Positions 25,420 through 35,498 of a stretch of DNA of 64,000 bases are shown piece after piece. The notes under the pieces are model-generated. The model was not told the DNA's origin and searched no databases. It saw only the letters and a list, made by a program, of their open reading frames with translations. This DNA is from Candidatus Heimdallarchaeota archaeon (lineage in GTDB: Archaea; Asgardarchaeota; Heimdallarchaeia; JABLTI01). The translations under genes were made by a program, and so were the position numbers. The stretch lies in the NCBI GenBank assembly GCA_019058275.1, contig JAHLVW010000036.1:32001-96000 (forward strand). The letters run 5' to 3'. Each line of letters begins with the position of its first letter. The first letter of the stretch is position 1.

Positions 25420-26556
25420 CTAATTATCTGCCCAGACTGAGTATAATTGAGCAAGTTGATCAGTAATAGTATCATTGAATAACAAAACTTGTCCTGCGAA
25501 TCTAGAGGGAGGACCAGTTCCTACTTTCATCATTATAAGGTTTAATCCATGATTTAAGGTAACAGAATTCTTTGTATACCATATTTCCTTTCTATTGCCT
25601 TGAAGAATGTATTCACCATTGAACCATACTTTGAAATTTTTCTCACCATTAGCTCCAACATTAACTGTGAGTGAATCACTACTTGGATTATAAATGTAAG
25701 ACCACATGTAGACTAATCCCCTTTCACCCCATTCTAAATCATCATGAGTATCCCAATTCCCAGCTTTTGTAAATGCTATTAAACCAGGTCTAGCACCACT
25801 GTCATTATAAGGCATTATTTTATGATTACTTTGTAGGCCAATGTTACCTTGTGTGAATGTATTAGTGTCAAGAAGATTTGGAAGATAATCTTGTTCACTA
25901 CCATAACCACATAGATCTATGTAATCAATAGAGATATCAGGTGTCCTAGTATTATCTTCGAATTCACCTAGTAAAAACCAAAGGTTGGGTGAAAATCCTA
26001 CAGTTGTTGGGAAATTACTCTTACCATAAGCATCATCTGATGATGTTCTTCTTACCAAATAGTCATGATAATAATATGGTATGCCATCAGAATAATTGCC
26101 AGAATTTGCTGATGGAAGTGTTGCAACAAAACCAGAGGAGATAAAATCATCATCTTCAAATCTAACTTGAACTCTAAAAACAACAAATGGTTGAATTTCT
26201 TCAGAACTACCAAGTGCAAATAAATTTATATCATCAATTTCACTTATACCGACTTTTCTGTCAAGTGTATACCAAAGTAATGTTTCATTATTTTGCAGAA
26301 TCGCAACACTTTCGATATCTGCGTCATTCATACCTTTATTCATCAAAGGTATAGAAACAGTGTCAAACAAACCATTTCTATCAAAATCTTCAACTTCAAT
26401 TTCTCCAGCTTGATAAATATCTGACTTTAATCTAAGATAACTCATTGTAATGCCAACAACAATTCCTGCAGCAATAACAGTTATACCAATCAAAAATACA
26501 GTAGCTATAACATTAGATACTGCTTTTTTATTTGGTAAAATGGATCTAAAATTCAT
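25420..26556 (-). CDS. Archaeal type IV pilin-like protein (class III signal peptide) with large C-terminal beta-rich domain
   Basis: KKA|VSNVIATVFLIGITVIAAG prepilin motif; C-terminal KVWFNG...LNHGLNLIMMKV resembles a PA14/sugar-binding fold. Confidence 0.75.
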   Translation of the reverse strand: MNFRSILPNKKAVSNVIATVFLIGITVIAAGIVVGITMSYLRLKSDIYQAGEIEVEDFDRNGLFDTVSIPLMNKGMNDADIESVAILQNNETLLWYTLDRKVGISEIDDINLFALGSSEEIQPFVVFRVQVRFEDDDFISSGFVATLPSANSGNYSDGIPYYYHDYLVRRTSSDDAYGKSNFPTTVGFSPNLWFLLGEFEDNTRTPDISIDYIDLCGYGSEQDYLPNLLDTNTFTQGNIGLQSNHKIMPYNDSGARPGLIAFTKAGNWDTHDDLEWGERGLVYMWSYIYNPSSDSLTVNVGANGEKNFKVWFNGEYILQGNRKEIWYTKNSVTLNHGLNLIMMKVGTGPPSRFAGQVLLFNDTITDQLAQLYSVWADN

Positions 26557-26793
26557 TATATCTAACCACCACTATAGTTCAATTATGTAAACTTTAGATT
26601 TATAATTTATCGGAAATTTATCCGCAGATATAGTAAATTTCTCATTATATGATAATGAAAAGAATAGAATTTTTGTATAAATAGAATGTAATAAGTTATT
26701 AAGAATGACGTCTTTTTCATATAAAGCTAACTAATTTCTAGACTATAATTAATTCTTTTATTATAGTAATTCAGCTTTTTATTTGTGGTTTAA

Positions 26794-27642
26794 ATGATAT
26801 TTGAAAAATTGAATGAAAATATCTATCTATTTATAGATGAATCATTTTATGATACAATAGCTGGAGCAATTGTTTTACCTAACAAGCTCATAATGATAGA
26901 TTCAGGTATGCATGTACCAAAGATGCAGCAATTTAGAGAGTGGGTTGAGAAGGATACAGGAAAGAAATTCGAATATCTAGTTCTTACACATTATCATGGC
27001 GACCACCTGATAGGTAATCAAATATTTTCAGATTGTAAGATTATTGCTGATGAATTCATCCATGAATATATGAAGGGAATGAAAGAACGATGGACACTAG
27101 AGGAAATTGAAAAAGCAAAAGAACGTTCTACAGATCCAACATCTCTTGATGGTTTGGTTATTACATTACCAAATGTTAAATTGAATGATTATATGGAAAT
27201 TACTGATGATAATGTCAAGGTTATAATCAAAAAAACTGGTGGCCATACAGAAGATTCAACCTATGTTTACTGTCCTAATTATAAAGTTCTTTTTGCTGGA
27301 GACAACCTATTTGCTGGGCAATATCCATATGGTGGAGCTGATACATGCAATCCAGATATTTGGATGAAAACCTACAAAGAATTTCTATCGTTGGATGTTG
27401 AATGGTTTATCCCTGGACACAGCAGAGATTGGTCTAATAAAGCTGTAAAAGAAACACTTGATTTCATGAAAGATATGAAAGAACAAGTACTAGAATTACA
27501 CGATAAAGGAAAAACTGAGGAAGAAATCCTAAACAAAATTGATAAAATTAAATTCTACTATTACGATAAAGACAATCAACATGATTTAAACCTAAAAGCT
27601 TCCACTCTAAAAAGATGGTATGATGTGTGGATAAAAAAGTAG
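26794..27642 (+). CDS. Metallo-beta-lactamase-fold hydrolase
   Basis: IDSG, THYHGDH, GGHT, AGDN, PGH. Confidence 0.9.
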   Translation: MIFEKLNENIYLFIDESFYDTIAGAIVLPNKLIMIDSGMHVPKMQQFREWVEKDTGKKFEYLVLTHYHGDHLIGNQIFSDCKIIADEFIHEYMKGMKERWTLEEIEKAKERSTDPTSLDGLVITLPNVKLNDYMEITDDNVKVIIKKTGGHTEDSTYVYCPNYKVLFAGDNLFAGQYPYGGADTCNPDIWMKTYKEFLSLDVEWFIPGHSRDWSNKAVKETLDFMKDMKEQVLELHDKGKTEEEILNKIDKIKFYYYDKDNQHDLNLKASTLKRWYDVWIKK

Positions 27643-27782
27643 TGAACAATGAAACTAATTCTATGAAACAAGACAATAGAAGTAGTTTTTCTTAGGAAAT
27701 TATTAAATTTGAATCACCTTAATTGATGTGTATTATTTGATGGAATATAGATTTTATATATTAGAGAATGTGAGGTAAGAAC

Positions 27783-28613
27783 ATGTCTTATGAAAAAGTT
27801 GCTGAAAATGTTTATGCGATAACAGATGGAAGTACTAGAGGTAATATTGCTGCATTTGTCCTTCCGTCACAAATTGTCTTTATTGATTCTGGAATGTATC
27901 TACCATTAATAAAGGAATTTAGAGAAAAGTTAGAAGAAGAAATTGGTAGGAAAACATCTGCTTTAGTTATAACCCACCCTCATGGGGATCACATCTATGG
28001 TACCAAGGTTTTTTCTGATTGTCGAATCATCTCATCAAAGGAAACTTCAGATAGGATTCGTCAAAGTAGAAAAGATTTAACACCTGAAAAAATTGAAGAA
28101 ATGAAGAAAAATGCTGAAGATCCAAGCCTTTTTGATGGTCTTGAGATTCTTATCCCAACAGAGACTTTTGAACACAGACTAGTAATCGAGGATTTTGATG
28201 AACAATTGATTATTAAAAGAACTGGTGGTCACACAGAGGGTTCATCTTATATCTACTATCCAAAGGCTAAAGCATTAATGGCTGGTGATAATTTATTTAT
28301 TAATAGTTTTCCTTGGGCAGGTGATCCAACTGCAAATCCTCAAAAATGGATAGATACTTTCAAAGAATATCTCTCTTTAGATGTTGATTTCTTTATTCCA
28401 GGTCATGGTCCTGTAAGTGGAAAAAAAAAAGTTCAGGAATATTTAGATTATTTTGAAAAAGTAATCGTTCTAATGCGTAAGTTAATCACTGAGGGTTACT
28501 CTGAGGTAAAAGTCATTGAAAGAGCCAATGAACTTGAATTTTATCCACCTCGACAAGAACAATGGAAGGATCTTTCCTTAAAGAAATGGTATCAATTTCT
28601 TACTACAAAATAA
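27783..28613 (+). CDS. Metallo-beta-lactamase-fold hydrolase (tandem paralog)
   Basis: IDSG, THPHGDH, GGHT, AGDN, PGHG; colinear with the upstream paralog. Confidence 0.9.
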   Translation: MSYEKVAENVYAITDGSTRGNIAAFVLPSQIVFIDSGMYLPLIKEFREKLEEEIGRKTSALVITHPHGDHIYGTKVFSDCRIISSKETSDRIRQSRKDLTPEKIEEMKKNAEDPSLFDGLEILIPTETFEHRLVIEDFDEQLIIKRTGGHTEGSSYIYYPKAKALMAGDNLFINSFPWAGDPTANPQKWIDTFKEYLSLDVDFFIPGHGPVSGKKKVQEYLDYFEKVIVLMRKLITEGYSEVKVIERANELEFYPPRQEQWKDLSLKKWYQFLTTK

Positions 28614-28649
28614 TCTTTTCATTTTCCTTTTCTCTTTATCATTTCACAT

Positions 28650-28823
28650 TTTTATCCGAAGGTATATGAAATAGTCAAAAGGAATCTTGATAAATACCAG
28701 AAATATTTAAGTCACTCAAAGGTAGTAGTGATTGAAGGTTCTGTTCATGCATATACTTGCTTACTAAAACCAAAAGAATTTAGTGAGACTGTTTTAGAAT
28801 TCATAAAAGATGTAAAGGGATGA
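28650..28823 (+). pseudogene. C-terminal remnant of an alpha/beta hydrolase gene
   Basis: Reads ...KYLSHSKVVVIEGSVHAYTCLLKPKEFSETVLEFIKDVKG*, resembling a hydrolase His-loop and terminal helix; no start or N-terminal part. Confidence 0.45.
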
Positions 28824-28835
28824 TAAACAATCCTT

Positions 28836-30440
28836 TTATTCAACAAATTTTCCATTAAGAGGAACTTTATCGACCATTGAAATTTGTAATTCAGTATTGT
28901 AAAGCGAATCAGATTTTTTAGTATGGTCTATGGAATAATGAACTCCTCTACTTTCTCTTCTACCTCTAGCACATCTAATAATCAGTTCAGCTACTTGTGC
29001 TAAGTTTCTCAAATCTAGTAAGTGAGGATGTATTTTGAAATCCCAGTAAAATTGATTGATTTCTTTCATAACTACTTCTAATCTGTTAGCTGCCCGAATT
29101 AAACGGTTGTCTGATCTCACAATTCCAACGTAATTCCACATAAATCGACGAATCTCATCCCAGTTTTGTTTAACGATAACCATTTCATCAGGATCTTCTG
29201 CCATTCCTGGATCCCAATAGGGGAAAGGTTGTTTTGTAGGTGCACCAGTATTCATACAAAGAATAGCTCCAAATTTAGCTGCCTTGTTAGCACATACAAG
29301 AGCTTCCAGCAAGGAATTACTAGCTAAACGATTTGCTCCATGGAAGCCTGTGCAAGAAACCTCGCCAATAGCAAGTAGATTCTTGACATTGGTTTGACCT
29401 GTAGTTGTAGCTTTAACTCCACCTATTAAGTAATGTGCTGCTGGAACAACGGGAATAGGCTGAACAGTGATATCTATACCGTAAGTTAAACATCTTTCAT
29501 ATATCGTTGGAAATCTGTCTTTTACAAAACTAGGATTTTTATGAGTTATATCGAGAAAAACACAATCTTCACCAGTTGTTTTTAGCTCAGCATCAATAGA
29601 TCTACTTACAATATCTCGAGGTGCTAGTTCTTTCTTTGGATGATACTTTGACATAAAACGTTTACCATTTTTATCGATTAGCTTTGCTCCCTCTCCTCTC
29701 ATTGCTTCAGTGATAAGGAAAGCTTTTGCATGTGGATGATATAAACTCGTTGGATGAAATTGCGTGAACTCCATGTTGATTATTTTAGCTCCAGCACGAT
29801 AAGCCATGGCAATACCATCACCAGTACAAACATCAGGATTACTAGTGACCAGAAAAACTTTCCCAGCTCCACCTGTTGCTAGAGTAGTTATAGTTGCTTG
29901 AAAATTATTTATCTGATTGGATTTTTTATCAAGTGCGTATGCTCCTATGCAAACATTGTTGTCCACAAATAAGTTGATTGCTACATGATTTTCGAAAATA
30001 TTGATATTAGACTCTTTTTTAACAGCATCAACTAGTTTAGTTTCAATTTCGTAACCAGTTCTATCTTCTGCATGCAGCACTCTTCTTTTTGTATGTCCAC
30101 CTTCTAATCCTAAATCTATTTCACCATTATTTCTTGAGAAATTTACACCATAATTATTAATAAGCTCACGAACTAATCGAGGTCCTTCTGAGCAAATTTC
30201 TTCAGCAACATCCTTACGACATAAACCAGCTCCTGCATTTACAGTATCTTTTACATGATCCTTAATTGAATCCTTTTCATCTAATACTGCTGCAATTCCT
30301 CCTTGAGCATAAAACGTTGCTCCTTCTGTTATTTCATCCTTGCTCAGTAATGAAACAGTTCCATACTCCGAAGCTTTCAAAGCGAAAATAAGACCACTTA
30401 ATCCGCTGCCAATAACCAAGAAATCTGTTGAAATCCTCAA
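28836..30440 (-). CDS. nadB: L-aspartate oxidase
   Basis: IGSGLSG FAD motif, AQGGIAA, EGGH..RRVLH, QFHPT, LITEAMRGEG, ELAPRDIVSR, HGANRLASNSLLE, ESRGVHY. Confidence 0.95.
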   Translation of the reverse strand: MRISTDFLVIGSGLSGLIFALKASEYGTVSLLSKDEITEGATFYAQGGIAAVLDEKDSIKDHVKDTVNAGAGLCRKDVAEEICSEGPRLVRELINNYGVNFSRNNGEIDLGLEGGHTKRRVLHAEDRTGYEIETKLVDAVKKESNINIFENHVAINLFVDNNVCIGAYALDKKSNQINNFQATITTLATGGAGKVFLVTSNPDVCTGDGIAMAYRAGAKIINMEFTQFHPTSLYHPHAKAFLITEAMRGEGAKLIDKNGKRFMSKYHPKKELAPRDIVSRSIDAELKTTGEDCVFLDITHKNPSFVKDRFPTIYERCLTYGIDITVQPIPVVPAAHYLIGGVKATTTGQTNVKNLLAIGEVSCTGFHGANRLASNSLLEALVCANKAAKFGAILCMNTGAPTKQPFPYWDPGMAEDPDEMVIVKQNWDEIRRFMWNYVGIVRSDNRLIRAANRLEVVMKEINQFYWDFKIHPHLLDLRNLAQVAELIIRCARGRRESRGVHYSIDHTKKSDSLYNTELQISMVDKVPLNGKFVE

Positions 30441-30567
30441 TTAGAGACCTCTTTTTGATAATCTTCTACGACTTTATGATTTCCTTCTTTAAATGTTTGT
30501 ATGAATAGCTTACGTTTAAATGAATGTCCTTTCCTTCTTTAAATCTTCCATTACGAATACAAGATGA

Positions 30568-31302
30568 TTAATCAATTACCGGTGATTGATCTTGATCTAT
30601 TGGATCTGCCATTCTTGATAGCATACGATATGAACCAAAAGCCTGTATGCCAAAAATAATGATTTCTGTATAAACAATTACTTTCTGACCTAAAACCTGA
30701 ATTAATCGACCTGTAGGTGTGCCTGAAGCTGGACCAGCATAAAGTATTATCAAATATCCCAATAATATCAATGTAAAGATAGCATAAATCCAACCGAAGA
30801 AGTTTCTATAATCTTTGTCATGAAATATAGCAATCATATACAAAATTGTTGAAACAATAGAACCAGTGAAGGCTGTATATACAAAATTCGTATGCCAAGT
30901 AAGATATGTGGAGTTTATGTCGTATGACAAATAACCAATTCCCATATAGGCAATTGCACAAATTACTCCATTTATCGTACCAATAATCGATAACCACTTT
31001 GATATCTTATTATTCTCAAAGAATGTAGCAAAGATAATGAAATAAGAAACTAGCATTACACCAACCAATGTTAATGCAGTAGTAAGCAAACTTCTCGAGA
31101 CAATATTGGTTTCACCTAAGAATGTATTTATTCTTCCTAAATCACTAAAATAGTTATCAATGAAGCTATAGCCAATTGTGTTGGGATCATTATACGTTCC
31201 ACCAGGATAAAATACCATAGCTAGAACTGTTAAAATTAAGAATAATACACAGCTAATCAAAGTTACTAAGACAAACCCTTTTTTGGTTTTAAGCCAGTAC
31301 AA
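30568..31302 (-). CDS. Multi-pass membrane protein (DUF998-like)
   Basis: About 6 TM helices; YPGG...YSFIDNYFSDLG motif. Confidence 0.6.
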   Translation of the reverse strand: MYWLKTKKGFVLVTLISCVLFLILTVLAMVFYPGGTYNDPNTIGYSFIDNYFSDLGRINTFLGETNIVSRSLLTTALTLVGVMLVSYFIIFATFFENNKISKWLSIIGTINGVICAIAYMGIGYLSYDINSTYLTWHTNFVYTAFTGSIVSTILYMIAIFHDKDYRNFFGWIYAIFTLILLGYLIILYAGPASGTPTGRLIQVLGQKVIVYTEIIIFGIQAFGSYRMLSRMADPIDQDQSPVID

Positions 31303-31373
31303 ATAATTACCTCAATAAATGCATATAATAAATTATGATAGTTTACACTTATAGCAGATAATTTATGATTTAT

Positions 31374-32063
31374 TTATAATTTCCTTATCATTTTTGTGAA
31401 AATCGTTTGCACGGACTCAAGATGTTGTTTGTTTCTCCAGAGAGGTAAAGATATGAAGAAAAGATTAGTATCGGATAATTTCAAAGGTTCCTCAATTGAT
31501 AATTTCATAAGTTCATTAATCTTACTAGATTTAATTTTATTTTTAAATTGCTTGCAATTTTTCAAACAATATAATGCTTGTTCACCCATTATGACGATAG
31601 TATTTGGTTTAGTATTTTCAATTTCCTTCTCGAGAAAATAAGCACAGTTTTTGACAGTTTTATTACGAATTATTTTGTTATTGAATCTTTCCACACGACA
31701 TTTGATTGCAGTTGTGTAATAGTAGGATTTATTCTTGAACAATGTCAATTTATCTTTCTTAGCTATTTTGTTATTAATATTTAACAACCAAAAAAGATTC
31801 CATGATAAAGTTCCTAAAAGTGGTGATGGCGCTCCAAAAATTTTTTGAGACTCACACCAATTATAGAAATAACTGTCATTGATTATATTGCTTTTTTTGT
31901 TATGAAAAGGCGGAGATTCGCTTACAAATAAAACACTGGTTTTTTCAGGAATCCATGAAGTAGAATCATACACTACACTTGGCTTTGAATTTGTATGAAT
32001 AATTGCACTTGAAGAGTATTTGTCGGAATGATTAATACATTTCTGGCATTCATACAATTCCAT
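31374..32063 (-). CDS. Uracil-DNA glycosylase superfamily protein
   Basis: N-terminal CxxC, LFVSESPP, TAIKCR...NCAYFLEKEI...P..IVIMGEQA. Confidence 0.7.
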   Translation of the reverse strand: MELYECQKCINHSDKYSSSAIIHTNSKPSVVYDSTSWIPEKTSVLFVSESPPFHNKKSNIINDSYFYNWCESQKIFGAPSPLLGTLSWNLFWLLNINNKIAKKDKLTLFKNKSYYYTTAIKCRVERFNNKIIRNKTVKNCAYFLEKEIENTKPNTIVIMGEQALYCLKNCKQFKNKIKSSKINELMKLSIEEPLKLSDTNLFFISLPLWRNKQHLESVQTIFTKMIRKL

Positions 32064-32130
32064 CTTTAACTCCCATAAATAAAAGCTGTATACCTAATAA
32101 GAGTAATGACCTTAAAATAGTGAAAATTAG

Positions 32131-32219
32131 ATGCGTGGAAGTCATCCCAATGAGATGCCCCACGCAAAACAGGAGATAGTCTGTTTCTAAAAGGCGTGTT
32201 AATGGCAACAACACGCTAC
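32131..32219 (-). ncRNA. Candidate three-hairpin small RNA with its own TATA box
   Basis: Stems GCGTGG/CCACGC (inner CATC/GATG), AAACAG/CTGTTT and GCGTGTT/AACACGC. TATATAAA at 32246-32239 on the - strand with purine-rich upstream sequence; T-rich tail. Confidence 0.45.
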
Positions 32220-32294
32220 ATAATCTTTGTATTCATCCTTTATATATGTCTTGTTTCTATGAAAACGTAAAAAATGAAAAATAGGCGCGAATTG

Positions 32295-32623
32295 TTATTT
32301 GATTTTTAACAATTCAACTTCGAAAATTAATGTTGATTTTGGTGGAATTAATCCATTACCACATTACGATTACCATAAGCTAAATCTGGTGGGATAGTAA
32401 GTTTCATCTTACCACCTACTTTCATGGTAATTACTCCTTGATCCCAACCTTTGATAACCTGACCAACTCCGATCTTAAATTCTAAAGGTTGCTTACGGTC
32501 ATGAGAGCTATCAAATTTCTTTCCGTTTGTTAACCAGCCAGTGTAATGAACAGAAATTGTATCTCCTTTATTTAGTGATTTTCCAGTTCCTTTTATTATA
32601 TCTTCGATAATAAGTTCGCCCAT
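32295..32623 (-). CDS. FKBP-type peptidyl-prolyl isomerase, frameshifted near 32360
   Basis: [23 protein letters not shown]; the canonical tail [21 protein letters not shown] follows in another frame, ending at 32295. Confidence 0.88.
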
Positions 32624-32705
32624 AGTAAAACTTCCAAATATATGATATTAATGGATTTAATCGAAATTAAAATATTAATGTTTAGATTATCCAAGAAAAA
32701 CTGTT

Positions 32706-34121
32706 TTATTTAGTATTCATATCAGAATCTAAACCTATTGGGTAATCCTTAGTGAATGGTTTCTCTTCTTCAGTTTTTTCTAACTCAAACTTGTCTTCTC
32801 TTCTACTTCTTAATCTTTTTTTAACTAGTTTACTTTGAATTAAAGGTAATAAACCTGCAATGGGATATGCTGTCATTGCAATTGGAAATAGTGTAGGACC
32901 AAAAGCTGCAAATGCAAGACCACCTAACAGAGTACCTGTTGCTCTCATTCCTCTTTGACCTGTTTGTAGTAAACCTAAAGTCTTTCCTCTGTGCTTTGGA
33001 GGGATCCACTCATACATGAAACTATTCCAAGCTGCTCCAGGAGACATAGCAAAGAATGATCTCATAATAAAGAAAGCAGTAGCCATGTAGATTCCACTTG
33101 CAAGCATTATCCCAACAGCAGATGGAATTACTAATGTCCAGGAAACTACAACAATAAATTCCTTGCCTATTTTTTCTACAAACGAACCAATGAATAGATA
33201 TCCAAGAGTTAAAACCGCCCAATGAATACTATTGATCCAACCCCAAATCTCTTCTGCATTATTATATTTGCCTGAAATAAAATCACCGTAGATGTACCAT
33301 CCAACAAATGGTATTGCAACACCACTAGTAAATCCCATTAACATTCTACCTAAACCAAAGCTCATCTGCACACCTAAAACTGATTTTTTGCCATCTTTAT
33401 CCTCTGAGAATTTTGTAAATTCATCACAGCTATCTTCAGATAATTTCTCTGCATAGTTAATTTCATCTTTGGGAGTATCTTCAACAACCAATTTTAAAGT
33501 AAAAACCAGAACAAGTGACACTAAAGCAAATCCAGCCATAATTGTAAATACCCAATTAACCCATTCCACATATTCAATGTTGGGTAAATCTATTGTTAAT
33601 AGATACATAGAGATTAATGGAGCAGCTACATTAGCTATACCTCTTGTTACTTGATTTCCAGTAAAACCAAAGGTTCTGTGTTCTCCTCTTTTCGTTTCAT
33701 TTGCGATAAATGTATTTGTAGAGATCATCATTAATTGTTGACCAACAGCAAAAAATGAATAAAATAAAATAGATAGAGCAAATATCTTCATCCTTGTAAA
33801 TATTACAGCTGATACAATAGTGCAAACTAATCCTACGATCATTGTTGTTCTTTTAAATTGAATATCAACAATAATGCCTAAGAGGAATACAATAGCCATA
33901 GATGCATACCCCCCTACAGAAAGAATTAATCCAAACTCATAATCTGACCATTGCATAACATCTTCAGCATATGGGATAAGGAGAACTCGAAAGCCTTCGC
34001 CAAAGATTCGGTAGAAGAAATTAACTACAAAGATATTGATTAATATGCCTTCATGAGAGCCACTACCTTTTAACCTAGAATAAAAGCTCTCTCTCTGTGG
34101 TTTGGGGCTTTCCTCAGACAT
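32706..34121 (-). CDS. MFS transporter
   Basis: About 12 TM in two halves; motif-A-like GIIVDIQFKR and GSFVEKIGKE; PPKHRGK. Confidence 0.85.
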   Translation of the reverse strand: MSEESPKPQRESFYSRLKGSGSHEGILINIFVVNFFYRIFGEGFRVLLIPYAEDVMQWSDYEFGLILSVGGYASMAIVFLLGIIVDIQFKRTTMIVGLVCTIVSAVIFTRMKIFALSILFYSFFAVGQQLMMISTNTFIANETKRGEHRTFGFTGNQVTRGIANVAAPLISMYLLTIDLPNIEYVEWVNWVFTIMAGFALVSLVLVFTLKLVVEDTPKDEINYAEKLSEDSCDEFTKFSEDKDGKKSVLGVQMSFGLGRMLMGFTSGVAIPFVGWYIYGDFISGKYNNAEEIWGWINSIHWAVLTLGYLFIGSFVEKIGKEFIVVVSWTLVIPSAVGIMLASGIYMATAFFIMRSFFAMSPGAAWNSFMYEWIPPKHRGKTLGLLQTGQRGMRATGTLLGGLAFAAFGPTLFPIAMTAYPIAGLLPLIQSKLVKKRLRSRREDKFELEKTEEEKPFTKDYPIGLDSDMNTK

Positions 34122-34180
34122 GAGAATGTAAAATATTCAATGAGATTTTAATGTTTTGGTTTTATTAAATACAAAGTAAA

Positions 34181-34210
34181 AAGAAAAGAAAAAGATGACA
34201 AAAGTCATCT
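34181..34210 (-). terminator. Hairpin + T-tract downstream of the M42 peptidase gene
   Basis: AGATGAC-aaaa-GTCATCT (34193-34210) followed by a T-rich run on the - strand. Confidence 0.45.
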
Positions 34211-34228
34211 CAAATTTATCAGCTGGAT

Positions 34229-35356
34229 TTAGATTTTAATAAAACTATCAACTGTTTTTTGATCCAAACGCTTTAGTACTTCTATTAGTAACTCAACGCA
34301 TTTTTCGATATCAGCAATGTCTAGTATGCCATAGTGAGAATGGATGTGTCTAGTTGGTATGCCTAACACTAAGCTTGGACAACCACTTCCAGCAACATGT
34401 ATTGCTCCTGCGTCAGTTCCACCACGAAACATAATTGATAATTGAATATCAATGCCCATTTCTTTTGCAACATCAATTACAAAATGCTTCAAATAAGGAT
34501 TAGCTAGCATTGAACCATCTGCAGCAAGCACGGAGGGTCCTTTGGACATTTTTGCCGGTGAAGTTGTTTCAGTTACACCAGGAACATCACCTGAAATGTC
34601 TACTTCTAAAGCAAAACCAATATCAGGCTGAATCATGTGTGCTGAAGTTCTAGCTCCCCTTAAACCAACTTCTTCTTGAACTGTAGCAACACCAAAGATT
34701 TGATTTGGATGTTCAATTTTTTCTTCCTTTATTATCCTCAATACTTCAGAAATAATGAAAGCTCCAAGACGATCATCAAAAGCCTTCCCAACAGCAAGAA
34801 TAGCATCTTTTTCAGTTGTTTTGTTTGATTCTTCATCTTTAATGAATTGTTTTCGTTTTATAAGTTCAAAAGTAGCGTCTGGAATTATCGGATCACCTAT
34901 TTTGATTCCTAAAAATTCTACTTCTTTCTTACTTTTACAACCAACATCTATGAACATTTTATCTTTAGTAACTACTTTATTTCGTTCTTCTGCTCCGAGA
35001 ATGTGAGGAGGTTTGGAAGTAATAATTCCTTTAATCTTAGTTTCATCTCGGATCTTTATCACAACTCTTTGACTCAGAAGAACCTGATCCCACCATCCAC
35101 CAAGTTGGTTAAAGGTAATAAAACCATCTTTACTTATTCCAGATACAATGAAACCAACTTCATCAATATGTCCTGCTAACATAATTTTTGGTCCTTTGTT
35201 TCCTTTTTTGAAGATTAAAGAACCTGTTTTATCATGCAATACCTCATCAGTGAAAGGTGTTGTATAATCTTTGACCATTTTTGCAACTTCCCGTTCAAAA
35301 CCGGAAGGTCCAAAAGCATCAGTCCATTTGCCAAATTCATCAATGTTTAGTTTCAA
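34229..35356 (-). CDS. M42 family aminopeptidase (TET/FrvX-like)
   Basis: PSGFE, AGHIDEVG, KAFDDRLG, QEEVGLRGA, GGTDAG, RHIHS. Confidence 0.93.
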   Translation of the reverse strand: MKLNIDEFGKWTDAFGPSGFEREVAKMVKDYTTPFTDEVLHDKTGSLIFKKGNKGPKIMLAGHIDEVGFIVSGISKDGFITFNQLGGWWDQVLLSQRVVIKIRDETKIKGIITSKPPHILGAEERNKVVTKDKMFIDVGCKSKKEVEFLGIKIGDPIIPDATFELIKRKQFIKDEESNKTTEKDAILAVGKAFDDRLGAFIISEVLRIIKEEKIEHPNQIFGVATVQEEVGLRGARTSAHMIQPDIGFALEVDISGDVPGVTETTSPAKMSKGPSVLAADGSMLANPYLKHFVIDVAKEMGIDIQLSIMFRGGTDAGAIHVAGSGCPSLVLGIPTRHIHSHYGILDIADIEKCVELLIEVLKRLDQKTVDSFIKI

Positions 35357-35498
35357 TAATTAAATCACCATTAAGATTTTTTTGTAAGATTTCAAATCTT
35401 ATTAAAGATTCAATTCATTTTAAACTTTTTTAATGATTAAATAATCTTTTTTGTCACTTAAATAATTCTTATATTCCACTAAAGTAAGACATAATGCT

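Noticed and set aside
32131-32219. tRNA or SECIS element
   Set aside because: No acceptor stem or T-loop consensus, and no adjacent UGA-containing selenoprotein gene
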